Part shown: positions 9,532 through 17,749 of the stretch, one piece after another
How positions within the stretch are numbered: position 1 is the stretch's first letter
Layout: each line of letters opens with the position of its first letter
NCBI GenBank assembly: GCA_965208805.1
Contig: OZ242355.1
Span: forward strand, 1,480,982-1,544,981
Reading direction: 5' to 3'
Length of the DNA stretch: 64,000 nucleotides
Origin: Acidimicrobiales bacterium
Lineage (GTDB): Bacteria; Actinomycetota; Acidimicrobiia; Acidimicrobiales; Bin134
Program-made: the position numbers and the translations under genes
Notes under the pieces: model-generated
Told to the model about the DNA's origin: nothing
The model's input: only the letters and a program-made list of their open reading frames with translations
The model's database searches: none

Positions 9532-10274
9532 CGCTTTCGTCCTGCTCTGGTGGCGGCCGCCCCGTGGGCTGCCGATTCAAGTCCGTCGTCCAAAGGCTCC
9601 AAGTCCACCCCAAAGCCGGCGTGCTCCAGAGCCCAGCCCAGCAGAGTATCGGCCATCCAGGGGTTCTTGGGCAGGAGCGGTCCGTGCAAGTACGTGCCGA
9701 GGCACCGACCGGCCACCGCCCCCTCACAGCCGTCGTCCCCGTTGTTGCCGTGCCCCCGGCGCACGTGGCCAAGAGGCGTACACCCCCCGCCCAGATAGGT
9801 GCGTCCGGCATGGTTCTCGTAGCCGACCACCGTGCGGGTCTGACCGCCCAGGGTCACGTCCAGCACGACGTCACCGATGAGGCGGCTGCTTCCCGCAGTG
9901 GTCTCCAAGTCCAACAGCCCGATGCCGGGCATTGACCGGCCGTCGGCGCCGGAATAGCCGTGTCCCAAGAGCTGGTAGCCGCCGCACACTCCCAACACGA
10001 CGGCGCCGTCGTGGGCAGCGTGGCGCAGTGGATTGGCCTTCTGGACCAGGTCATCGGCCACCAGCATCTGGTCGCGGTCTTGGCCACCGCCCAGGTAGTA
10101 GAGATGGCAATCGCTGGGGATGGGATCACCAAGCCCGACTTCGACCACCTCCAGGGACAGCGCCCGCCATTCCAGGCGGCGTTGGAACACAGCGATGTTC
10201 CCCCGGTCGGCATAGATATTCAGGTGTTCCGGGTACAGGTGGCAGAGCCTGACGGTGGGCTGGCCGATGCTCAT
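9528..10274 (-). CDS. gatD: lipid II isoglutaminyl synthase, glutaminase subunit GatD (CobQ-type amidotransferase)
   Basis: Start MSIGQPTVRLCHLYPEHLNIYADRGN chosen at 10274 (ATGA overlap with the murT stop). The 95-codon upstream extension in the ORF track is Arg/Pro-rich junk. Nucleophile motif LGVCGGYQLLG. Confidence 0.85.
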   Translation of the reverse strand: MSIGQPTVRLCHLYPEHLNIYADRGNIAVFQRRLEWRALSLEVVEVGLGDPIPSDCHLYYLGGGQDRDQMLVADDLVQKANPLRHAAHDGAVVLGVCGGYQLLGHGYSGADGRSMPGIGLLDLETTAGSSRLIGDVVLDVTLGGQTRTVVGYENHAGRTYLGGGCTPLGHVRRGHGNNGDDGCEGAVAGRCLGTYLHGPLLPKNPWMADTLLGWALEHAGFGVDLEPLDDGLESAAHGAAATRAGRKR

Positions 10275-11656
10275 CGATCCTCCCAGAAGGAGGGGACGAG
10301 CCCTCGGTCGGCCAGCACGGCCTGGAACTCGAGCAGGGCGGTGTAGGTGGGGAGCACGTAGAGATCGCCAGTGGAACTGCTGGACTGCAAAGCGGCGTTT
10401 AGAGCGGCGGGTACCGAGGGAAGCACCGACAACCGGTCGGGTTCGAATCCGGCGTAGCGGAATCGCAGCGCCATGTCGTAGGCCCGGTCGCCGCTCACGG
10501 TAAGCGACGCCAGCTGGTCGCTGTCCAGCAGCATCTCGTAGTCCACGTCCCAGATCCACGAAATGTCTTGCCCGTCGGCGGTGCGATCGTTGAGCAGTAC
10601 CAACAGGTGCAGGGGGTGGTCTTCCAGCAACATGGTGCGAATGTTCTCGTTGGCCCCGGCCGGGTTCTTGGCCAGCAGCGTGGTCACTTTGACCTTGCCG
10701 ATCTGGGTGCGCTCGGCCCGTCCGAACGCAGCCTCCCGCTTGGCCAGCGCGGGGCCGATGGTTTCTGGGGTCAGGCTGAGGGCGACCGCGGTGGCGGTGG
10801 CGGCGAGGGCGTTGTAGGAGTTGTGCATGCCCGGCAATCGCAGCGACAGCTCAATCGGGCCCTGAGGGGTGGCGATGGCCAGCCGCTGGCCGTCCAACCC
10901 GTGCAACTCCACCCGGGTGGCTCTTACATCAGGCTGGACTCGGGCCAAACCGCACTCCGAACAGGACCAACGGCCGAGGTGGGCGATGGTGACCATTTCG
11001 TAGTGCAGTGAAGCGCCGCAGTGGCGGCATTCGGTGGTATCGGCCGCGTGAGGCAGGCGGTCACGGCCCACTCGGGGGTCTTCGATGCCGTATGACACGG
11101 AGTTGGGGTGCCGGGCGGCAATTTCAGCCACCGCAGGATCGTCGGCGTTGTAGATCACGGTTGCGGCTGGGTCGAGTTCGGCCACTGCGTCCCGCCAGCG
11201 GTCCACCAGGTGTTCGAGTTCGCCGTAGCGGTCGAGCTGGTCCCGGAACAGGTTCATCAGGGTGACTATTCGCGGCCTGGTCTGGGCAATCAGTCCCGGC
11301 AGAGCGGCTTCGTCCACTTCGAACAGGGCTACTTCGGCCCCTTCGGCGTTGAGCAGTGCGGTGGCCACCCCCCGCTCCAGATTGGAGCCGGCGGTGTTGG
11401 CCACCACTCGAGTTCCCGAAGCGTCGAGGGCGGCCCGAACCAGTCGGGCGGTGGTGGTCTTGCCGTTGGTTCCCGAAAGGAGGATCACGCCGCCGGGGAC
11501 GGCCAGGGCCATCTCTGCGGTGGCCTCCGGTCGCAATCGATTGAGCAGTAGACCGGGAATGGTGGTGCCTCCGCCCCGTCCGAGCTTCTGGGACAGCCGT
11601 CCTGCACCTCGGGCCGCACCGGCAGCCAATCCCTGAGGCAGCGACGGCATCCTCAT
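10271..11656 (-). CDS. murT: lipid II isoglutaminyl synthase, Mur-ligase-like subunit MurT
   Basis: 461 aa. P-loop LSGTNGKTTT, Cys4 ribbon CRHCG...CSECG, DUF1727-like C-terminus. Immediately upstream of gatD. Confidence 0.85.
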   Translation of the reverse strand: MRMPSLPQGLAAGAARGAGRLSQKLGRGGGTTIPGLLLNRLRPEATAEMALAVPGGVILLSGTNGKTTTARLVRAALDASGTRVVANTAGSNLERGVATALLNAEGAEVALFEVDEAALPGLIAQTRPRIVTLMNLFRDQLDRYGELEHLVDRWRDAVAELDPAATVIYNADDPAVAEIAARHPNSVSYGIEDPRVGRDRLPHAADTTECRHCGASLHYEMVTIAHLGRWSCSECGLARVQPDVRATRVELHGLDGQRLAIATPQGPIELSLRLPGMHNSYNALAATATAVALSLTPETIGPALAKREAAFGRAERTQIGKVKVTTLLAKNPAGANENIRTMLLEDHPLHLLVLLNDRTADGQDISWIWDVDYEMLLDSDQLASLTVSGDRAYDMALRFRYAGFEPDRLSVLPSVPAALNAALQSSSSTGDLYVLPTYTALLEFQAVLADRGLVPSFWEDR

Positions 11657-11668
11657 AGTTATGTATTA

Positions 11669-12799
11669 CTACCGAAAGCGTCGGAAGAACTCGCGGATGT
11701 CTTGCGCCAGCGCTTCGGGTTCCTCCATGGCGGCGAAGTGCCCTCCCTCGGCCATGTCGGACCAGTGGACGATGTTGTAGTTGTCCTCCAACCAGCGCCG
11801 GGGGGCCTGCATGATCTCCATGGGAAAGCTGGCCATCCCCAGAGGGGTGCTGAGAGGGCCGCCCAATCCGGCTGCACCAGGGCGCAACGTCTCGTAGTAC
11901 ATGCGGGCCGACGATCCTCCGGTGGCTGTGAACCAGTACAGGGAGATGTTGGTGAGGAGTCGATCCCGGCTCACCGCCGATTCGATGGTGCCGTCGTTGT
12001 CGGTCCAGGCCAGGAATTTCTCGGCTATCCAGGCCAGCTGCCCGACGGCGGAGTCGGTCAGGCCATAGGCCAGAGTCTGGGGCTTGGTGCTCTGGATCTG
12101 CATATAGCCCGCGCCCTCGGTGAAATAGAGGTTGGCACGGCCCAACCCGGCCTGCTCGGCCTCGGTGAGCTCGCCGGGCCCATCCTCTGGTGCCGTGGCG
12201 AACAAGAAGTTCACATGGACGGCCTCGCAGTGTTCGGGGTCACAGCGCCCAATGTTCTGGGAGACCATCGAGCCCCAATCACCCCCCTGGGCCCCGTAGC
12301 GGTCGTATCCCAAACGTCCCATCAGCTCGGAAAATGCCTTGGCAGTGCGGACGGTGTCCCATCCCCGGTCGGCGGTTGGCCCCGAAAAGCCGTAGCCAGG
12401 AAGCGACGGGGCGATCACATGGAAGGCATCGGCGGGGTCATCGGGCTCGGTGAGCAGTCCGATTATGTCGAGGAATTCCACGACCGTTCCGGGCCATCCG
12501 TGGCTGATGATCAGCGGATAGGCGTCGGGATGAGAGGAGCGTTGGTGGATGAAGTGGATGTTCTGGCCGTCGATGGTGGTGGTGAAGTGGTCGAGCTCGT
12601 TCAACTCCGCTTCCGCGGCCCGCCAGTCGTACTCGTCGGCCCAGTAGCGGGCCAGTTCCTGGATGTAGCCCATCTCTGCGCCGTAGTCCCAGCCGGCGTC
12701 GGGGAGCTGATCGGGCCAACGGGCATCCTTCAAGCGGCGTTGAAGGTCTTCCAGCGCAGCATCGGAAATTTCGACGGTGAACGGGGTGATCTCGGACAT
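11669..12799 (-). CDS. epoxide hydrolase (alpha/beta fold with EH N-terminal domain)
   Basis: 376 aa. PFTVEISDAALEDLQRRLKDARWPD N-terminal domain and HGWPGTVVEF motif. Confidence 0.8.
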   Translation of the reverse strand: MSEITPFTVEISDAALEDLQRRLKDARWPDQLPDAGWDYGAEMGYIQELARYWADEYDWRAAEAELNELDHFTTTIDGQNIHFIHQRSSHPDAYPLIISHGWPGTVVEFLDIIGLLTEPDDPADAFHVIAPSLPGYGFSGPTADRGWDTVRTAKAFSELMGRLGYDRYGAQGGDWGSMVSQNIGRCDPEHCEAVHVNFLFATAPEDGPGELTEAEQAGLGRANLYFTEGAGYMQIQSTKPQTLAYGLTDSAVGQLAWIAEKFLAWTDNDGTIESAVSRDRLLTNISLYWFTATGGSSARMYYETLRPGAAGLGGPLSTPLGMASFPMEIMQAPRRWLEDNYNIVHWSDMAEGGHFAAMEEPEALAQDIREFFRRFR

Positions 12800-12825
12800 G
12801 GGACTCCTCGGGTCGGTGCTTGGCT

Positions 12826-13821
12826 TTAGGCGGGGGAGCGGGGGATCAGGCCTGCGTTGGTTCTGGCTCGCTCCAAGGTGGCCGCTGCCACTGTGCGGGC
12901 CTTGTCGGCGCCGGTGGCCAGCACTCGGGCGATCTCACCCGGGTCGGACGACAGCTCGGCGAATCGATCCCGGATGGGGTTGAGCATTTCGTTCACCGCG
13001 TCGGCGGTATCGGACTTCAGAGGTCCGTATTGGGCGTATTCGTCGGCCACCGACACCGGGTTCTGCCCGGTGGCTGCGGCCAGGATGCCGAGCAGGTTGG
13101 ACACCCCCGGCTTGGTCACTGGGTCGTAGCGCACCTCGTTTTCGCTGTCGGTCACCGCCCGCTTGAACTTGCGGACCACGCTCTCAGGATCCTCCAGCAC
13201 CCCGACGGTGCCGGCCGATTCCAGCGACTTCGACATCTTGTCGTCCGGGTTCTGGAGGTCCATGACCCGGGCGCCTGTGTCGGGGATGACGTGGGCGGGC
13301 ACGGTGAAGGTGTCGCCGTAGCGACGGTTGAACCGCTCGGCTATGTCCCTGCACAGCTCGATGTGCTGGCGCTGATCGTCTCCCACCGGCACCAAGTCGG
13401 TGTCGTAAAGCAAGATGTCGGACGCTTGGAGGGCGGGGTAGGTGAACAGGCCGGCCGACACGAATTCAGTCCGGTCGGACTTGTCCTTGAACTGGGTCAT
13501 GCGGCGCAGTTCCCCGAAGCCCACGGTGCACTCCATCATCCAGGCCAGCTCGGCGTGCTCGCTTACCGAGCTCTGCACAAACAGCGTGGACCGCTCGGGG
13601 TCGATGCCTACCGACATGAGCATGGTGGCCGCGGCCACGGTGTTGTTCCGCAACTCGGCCGGATCGGGAGCGGTGGTAAGGGCGTGGAGATCCACTACGC
13701 AATACACGGCGTCGTGTTCGTGCTGGTAGGCCACCCAGTTGCGCAGCGCGCCCAAAAGGTTGCCCAAGTGCATGCCGCCGGACGGCTGAATTCCTGAGAA
13801 CACACGAGCCACGCCGGTCAA
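12826..13821 (-). CDS. trpS: tryptophan--tRNA ligase
   Basis: FSGIQPSGGMHLGN (HIGH-type) and DDKMSKSL (KMSKS). The real start is TTG 13821 or GTG 13812. The 540-aa track ORF is an upstream extension. Confidence 0.9.
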   Translation of the reverse strand: MTGVARVFSGIQPSGGMHLGNLLGALRNWVAYQHEHDAVYCVVDLHALTTAPDPAELRNNTVAAATMLMSVGIDPERSTLFVQSSVSEHAELAWMMECTVGFGELRRMTQFKDKSDRTEFVSAGLFTYPALQASDILLYDTDLVPVGDDQRQHIELCRDIAERFNRRYGDTFTVPAHVIPDTGARVMDLQNPDDKMSKSLESAGTVGVLEDPESVVRKFKRAVTDSENEVRYDPVTKPGVSNLLGILAAATGQNPVSVADEYAQYGPLKSDTADAVNEMLNPIRDRFAELSSDPGEIARVLATGADKARTVAAATLERARTNAGLIPRSPA

Positions 13822-13908
13822 ACTACCCGCCCCGATCCCGAAATCCCTAGGTGCCAGCCTTGATCCCAAAACCCCGAACCAGCAGAAGGCGAGTCCTACA
13901 CTTGGCGG

Positions 13909-14718
13909 GTGACCGCAGGGGCGAGAACAGAGGTGCTCAAGGCGCCGTTCGAGGTGCGAACGGAAGTATTTGAAGGCCCGCTCGATCTGCTGCTGCACCT
14001 CATTCTGCGCGACGAGGTTGACCTCTACGAGGTGATGGTGGGCGACATCGTGGACGCCTATCTGGCTGAGCTCGACCGCATGGAGCAGCTCAATCTGGAA
14101 GTGGCCACCGAGTTTCTGCTTATCGCTGCCACGCTGATTCAGCTGAAGAGCAGCCGTCTTCTGCCCGACAGCGAGTCGTTGGACCTGGACGAGGAATTGG
14201 CCCTGTGGTCGGAGCGCGATCTGTTGCTGGCTCGCCTGCTGGAGTGCCAGACCTTCAAGGCGGCGGCTCAGGCTCTGGAGCAGTTGGCTGCGGTTGCCGG
14301 TCGGAGCTATCCCCGCCGTGCCGGTCCCGACGAGCGCTATCTCGACCTGGTGCCCGACTTCTTGGAAGGGATGAGCCCCGACGATCTCCGGGCTGCGTTC
14401 TTGCGGGCCACCACCTCCCGACCTGCGCCTCAGGTAGACATCGCTCACATCACCGACATCCCCATCAGCGTGGATGAAGTGACCAATGGCCTGATGGCTC
14501 GGCTACCCGACGTCGGCACCGTGGGCTTTCGGGAGCTGACCGAGGACTTGGAGACCGGTATCGAAGTGGTGGTGTATTTCCTCGCCGTGCTTGAGCTCTT
14601 CAAGCGCGGTCTGGTGGATGTATCGCAGGCCAGCACGTTTGGCCGCATTGCCATTACATGGAGCGGCGGGACTGAGTTGGCCGAGCCGCTCGTGGGAGTT
14701 GACGCCTATGAGGGATGA
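13909..14718 (+). CDS. scpA: segregation and condensation protein A
   Basis: 269 aa with the hallmark VFEGPLDLLLHLI motif, followed by scpB. Confidence 0.85.
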   Translation: MTAGARTEVLKAPFEVRTEVFEGPLDLLLHLILRDEVDLYEVMVGDIVDAYLAELDRMEQLNLEVATEFLLIAATLIQLKSSRLLPDSESLDLDEELALWSERDLLLARLLECQTFKAAAQALEQLAAVAGRSYPRRAGPDERYLDLVPDFLEGMSPDDLRAAFLRATTSRPAPQVDIAHITDIPISVDEVTNGLMARLPDVGTVGFRELTEDLETGIEVVVYFLAVLELFKRGLVDVSQASTFGRIAITWSGGTELAEPLVGVDAYEG

Positions 14719-14844
14719 GAACCGAGCTGTTGGTGGGAGTGAATGCCCGTGAGGGATGAGAACCGAGCCGCTCGTGGGAGTTGACGCCTATGAGGGATGA
14801 GAACCGAGCTGTTGGTGGGAGTGAATGCCAGTGAGGGATGAGAA
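14681..14844 (+). repeat. tandem repeat at the scpA/scpB junction: 2 x 82 nt, each made of two related 41-nt subunits (A-B-A-B)
   Basis: 14681-14762 and 14763-14844 are identical except for one base (c/a at 14748/14830). GAGGGATGAGAACCGAG recurs at 14710, 14751, 14792 and 14833. Three 14-codon mini-ORFs (14715-14759, 14756-14800, 14797-14841) are chained by ATGA overlaps. Confidence 0.95.
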
Positions 14845-15451
14845 CCGAGAAGCCCGCCGGGCGGTTGAGGCCATCGTGATGGTGGCCGAGGAGCCGGTCG
14901 CTCCGGGGCTCATGGCTCAGCTCATCGAGATCCCCGTCGAGCAGGTGGAGGCCATCTGCACCCAGCTGGCCGACGAATACCGAGTTGACGGCCGGGGTTT
15001 CGAGTTGGTCCGGGCGGCCGGCGGCTACCGCTTCCGCAGCCATCCCGACGCCGAGTCGTATGTCAAGAGGTTTGTGGTCAGCGGCCAGAGCGCTCGGTTG
15101 TCGGCGGCCGCGCTGGAGACTCTGGCCATCGTGGCCTACAAACAGCCATTGTCACGAGCCCAGGTCTCGGCCATTCGGGGGGTGAATGCCGAAGGGGCGA
15201 TGCGCACGCTCCAGCAGCGAGGACTCGTGGAAGAGGTGGGTCGGGACCCCGGTCCCGGCCAGGCCCGGCTGTTTGCCACCACCCCGGCATTCCTGGAGCG
15301 GCTGGGTCTGGACTCCATCGACGAGCTCCCTCCGCTGGTGGATTTCGTGCCCGGTGCCGAGGTCATCGAGGCTTTGGAGACCAGTCTCATGGCCGACAGC
15401 CGCCCCAGCCTGGAGCCGGGTTCTGAAAACGGCGATGCCCCGCCGGTGTGA
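14825..15451 (+). CDS. scpB: segregation and condensation protein B
   Basis: AVEAIVMVAEEP... and SAAALETLAIVAYKQPLSRAQVSAIRGV motifs. Start is ATG 14825 or GTG 14831, both inside the last repeat copy. Confidence 0.85.
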   Translation: MPVRDENREARRAVEAIVMVAEEPVAPGLMAQLIEIPVEQVEAICTQLADEYRVDGRGFELVRAAGGYRFRSHPDAESYVKRFVVSGQSARLSAAALETLAIVAYKQPLSRAQVSAIRGVNAEGAMRTLQQRGLVEEVGRDPGPGQARLFATTPAFLERLGLDSIDELPPLVDFVPGAEVIEALETSLMADSRPSLEPGSENGDAPPV

Positions 15452-16266
15452 GCGAGGCTGAGCGGATCCAAAAGGTCTTGGCCGCAGCCGGCGTGGCCAG
15501 CCGCCGGGCGATAGAGGAAATGGTGACCGAGGGCCGCATCACGGTCAATGGGCAGCCCGCCCGGCTGGGCCAGCGGATCGACCCTGAGCACGACACGGTG
15601 GAGGTGGACGGCAACCCGGTGGGGCTACGAGCAGATCTGGTGTACTACCTGCTGAACAAGCCGCCGGGTGTGGTCGCCACCGCATCCGACCCCCAGGGGC
15701 GGCCCACTGTAGTGGCCATGGTGCCCGACAACCCCCGGGTCTATCCGGTGGGTCGCCTGGATGCGGACAGCGAGGGACTGCTGCTCCTTACCAACGATGG
15801 GGGGCTGACCCACCGCTTGACACACCCGTCTTTCGGGGTTGACAAGGAGTATCTCGCCCATGTGCAGGGCCGTCCCAGCCGCGGCGCGCTGAGGCAACTG
15901 CGGGAAGGAGTGAGTCTGGAGGACGGTGAGGCCCGGGCAGTGGCGGTGTCGCGGCCCGAGCCGTCGGTCATTCGCCTCGTGGTCCATGAAGGCCGCAATC
16001 GGTTGGTCCGGCGAATGTGCGAGGCGGTCGGCCACCCTGTGATCCGTCTGGTCCGCATCCGGATCGGCCCGCTGGTCGATCGCAAGCTTCCACCAGGCCA
16101 GTGGCGAGAGCTGTCCCAGGGCGAGGTCAGAGAACTGGAACGCAGCGGGACTGAACCGTCGACTGGGTTTGGGGGCGGGAGCGGGACTGAACCGTCGACT
16201 GAGTTCGGGGACGGGAGCGGGACTGAACCGTCAACTGAGTTCGGGGGCGGGAGCGGGGGTCGGTAA
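15448..16266 (+). CDS. rluB: 23S rRNA pseudouridine synthase (RluB/RsuA family) with repeat-containing C-terminal tail
   Basis: S4 domain (RIQKVLAAAGVASRR) and catalytic GRLDADSEGLLLLTNDG. The tail is SGTEPSTxFGxG x3. Confidence 0.85.
   Translation: MSEAERIQKVLAAAGVASRRAIEEMVTEGRITVNGQPARLGQRIDPEHDTVEVDGNPVGLRADLVYYLLNKPPGVVATASDPQGRPTVVAMVPDNPRVYPVGRLDADSEGLLLLTNDGGLTHRLTHPSFGVDKEYLAHVQGRPSRGALRQLREGVSLEDGEARAVAVSRPEPSVIRLVVHEGRNRLVRRMCEAVGHPVIRLVRIRIGPLVDRKLPPGQWRELSQGEVRELERSGTEPSTGFGGGSGTEPSTEFGDGSGTEPSTEFGGGSGGR
16144..16257 (+). repeat. in-frame 36-nt tandem repeat x3.2 in the rluB 3' end
   Basis: agcgggactgaaccgtcgactg(g/a)gtt(t/c)ggg(g/a)(g/a)cggg at 16144, 16180 and 16216, plus a partial fourth copy. 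A few substitutions between copies. Confidence 0.9.
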
Positions 16267-16276
16267 AATCCTGGCC

Positions 16277-16645
16277 GTGAGCAATGCTGTGCGCGCCCTG
16301 CGGGGTGCCACCACGATTGATGTCGATCTCCCCGAGCGCATCGAGGAGCGGATCATCGCGCTGTTGACCGAGCTGTTCGATCGAAACGACATCCATCACG
16401 ATGACTTGATCAGCATCATCTTCACTGCCACCTCTGACATCAACTCGGCCTTTCCCGCGGCCGCAGCTCGAAAATTCGGTCTCGGCGATGTGCCGCTGCT
16501 CTGTGCCCAGGAGCTGGACATCGTTGACGGGACGCCGCTGTGTCTGCGCGTGCTGGTCCATCTGACCACGGAGCGGGGGCGCGACGAATTGCACCACATC
16601 TACCTGGAAGGCGCACAAGGTCTGCGCGACGACCTTCCCGAGTGA
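16277..16645 (+). CDS. aroH: chorismate mutase, AroH class
   Basis: VRALRGATTIDVDLPERIEE...IIFTATSDINSAFPAAAAR...HIYLEGAQGLRDDL is collinear with Bacillus AroH as I recall it. Start is GTG 16277 or GTG 16289. The upstream part of the track ORF overlaps rluB. Confidence 0.8.
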   Translation: MSNAVRALRGATTIDVDLPERIEERIIALLTELFDRNDIHHDDLISIIFTATSDINSAFPAAAARKFGLGDVPLLCAQELDIVDGTPLCLRVLVHLTTERGRDELHHIYLEGAQGLRDDLPE

Positions 16646-17718
16646 TGGCTGCTGGCGAGGCCCCTCAGCGGGCAGCCATCGTCGGTACCGGGCTCATCGG
16701 GGGCTCCATAGGCTTGGCCTTGAGGGAGCGGGGCTGGTGGGTCACCGGCACTGACCAAAACGAGGCGGTGGCCGCCGAGGCGCTGCGCCGAGGTGCCCTT
16801 GACGCGGTAGGACCGCCCTCCGATGCCGACATCACGTTCGTGGCCACCCCGGTGGGGTCGGCAGCGGCCGAGGCCCGCAAGGCTTTGGCCGCAGGGAATG
16901 GGCTGGTCACCGACGTGGGCAGCGTGAAGGCCCCCATTGTGGCCGCCGTGGCCGACCGCCGCTTTGTGGGCGGTCACCCCATGGCCGGCAGTGAGCAGGA
17001 GGGAGTGGCCGGAGCCCGGGCCGACCTGTTCCAGAATGCGGTGTGGGTGCTCACCCCGAACGATGAGACCGATGACGATTCGCTGGTCCAGATTCGCTCA
17101 ACAGTGGCCTCGCTCGGGGCCGACGTGGTGTCGCTGGCCCCCGAACGGCACGACGCGCTGGTGGCGGTTGTATCGCACGTTCCCCATCTAACCGCGGCCA
17201 CCCTGATGGCGCTGGCCAACGAGCGCTCTGAAGAGCACCGGGCAATGCTTCGGCTGGCCGCGGGCGGATTTCGAGACATGACCCGCATCGCCTCCGGGCA
17301 CCCCGGCATATGGCCGGATATCTGCCAGGAGAACTCCGATGCCATCTGCTCGGTGCTGGACCGGTTCATCGCCGCACTGGGCGACGTGCGTGCCCTGGTG
17401 GCCGATGGGAATCGGAGCGGATTGTTGGAGCTGTTGGAGGAGGCTCGAAATGCCCGGGCCCACTTGCCGTATGGCTTGGATCGAGAGGTGTCGCTGGCGG
17501 AGGTCAGGGTGCCGGTGTTCGATCGTCCTGGCGAGCTGGCCCGGATAACCAGCTTGACCACCGACATCGGGGTGAACATCTACGACTTGGAGATCGCCCA
17601 CTCAGTGGAGGGAGGCCAGGGCGTGGCTATCTTGGTGGTGGACGACGAGGCGATGGCGAGTCTGTTGGGGGCCCTGAGGGAGCAGGGCTACGCCCCGTCT
17701 TCGAGACCCCTGTCGTGA
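16645..17718 (+). CDS. tyrA: prephenate dehydrogenase
   Basis: ATG at 16645 overlaps the aroH TGA by 1 nt (GTGATGG). Rossmann motif AIVGTGLIGGSIG, GGHPMAGSE, C-terminal ACT-like segment. Confidence 0.85.
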   Translation: MAAGEAPQRAAIVGTGLIGGSIGLALRERGWWVTGTDQNEAVAAEALRRGALDAVGPPSDADITFVATPVGSAAAEARKALAAGNGLVTDVGSVKAPIVAAVADRRFVGGHPMAGSEQEGVAGARADLFQNAVWVLTPNDETDDDSLVQIRSTVASLGADVVSLAPERHDALVAVVSHVPHLTAATLMALANERSEEHRAMLRLAAGGFRDMTRIASGHPGIWPDICQENSDAICSVLDRFIAALGDVRALVADGNRSGLLELLEEARNARAHLPYGLDREVSLAEVRVPVFDRPGELARITSLTTDIGVNIYDLEIAHSVEGGQGVAILVVDDEAMASLLGALREQGYAPSSRPLS

Positions 17719-17749
17719 GTGCGCCGCGGGGCAGCCAAGAAACAGGGGA

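Noticed and set aside
9528-10559. N-terminal extensions of track ORFs (gatD to 10559, trpS to 14448, DUF2079 from 36009, tyrA from 16540, HIT to 38533, trpC to 57799, AKR to 53634, Gfo/Idh/MocA from 28710)
   Set aside because: The extensions overlap neighbouring genes and are compositionally junk. Conserved N-terminal motifs begin at internal starts that give ATGA, GTGA or 1-nt coupling with the upstream gene.
13822-13908. T-box or other leader upstream of trpS
   Set aside because: The 87-nt divergent intergenic region is too short for a T-box (~200 nt or more). No specifier or antiterminator structure was seen.
14838-14879. A fourth mini-ORF (MRTEKPAGRLRPS*) ending in TGATG at an in-frame scpB Met (14879) as the true coupled scpB start
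   Set aside because: Starting scpB at 14879 would remove the conserved RRAVEAIV segment of the ScpB N-terminus. ATG 14825 or GTG 14831 is more plausible.
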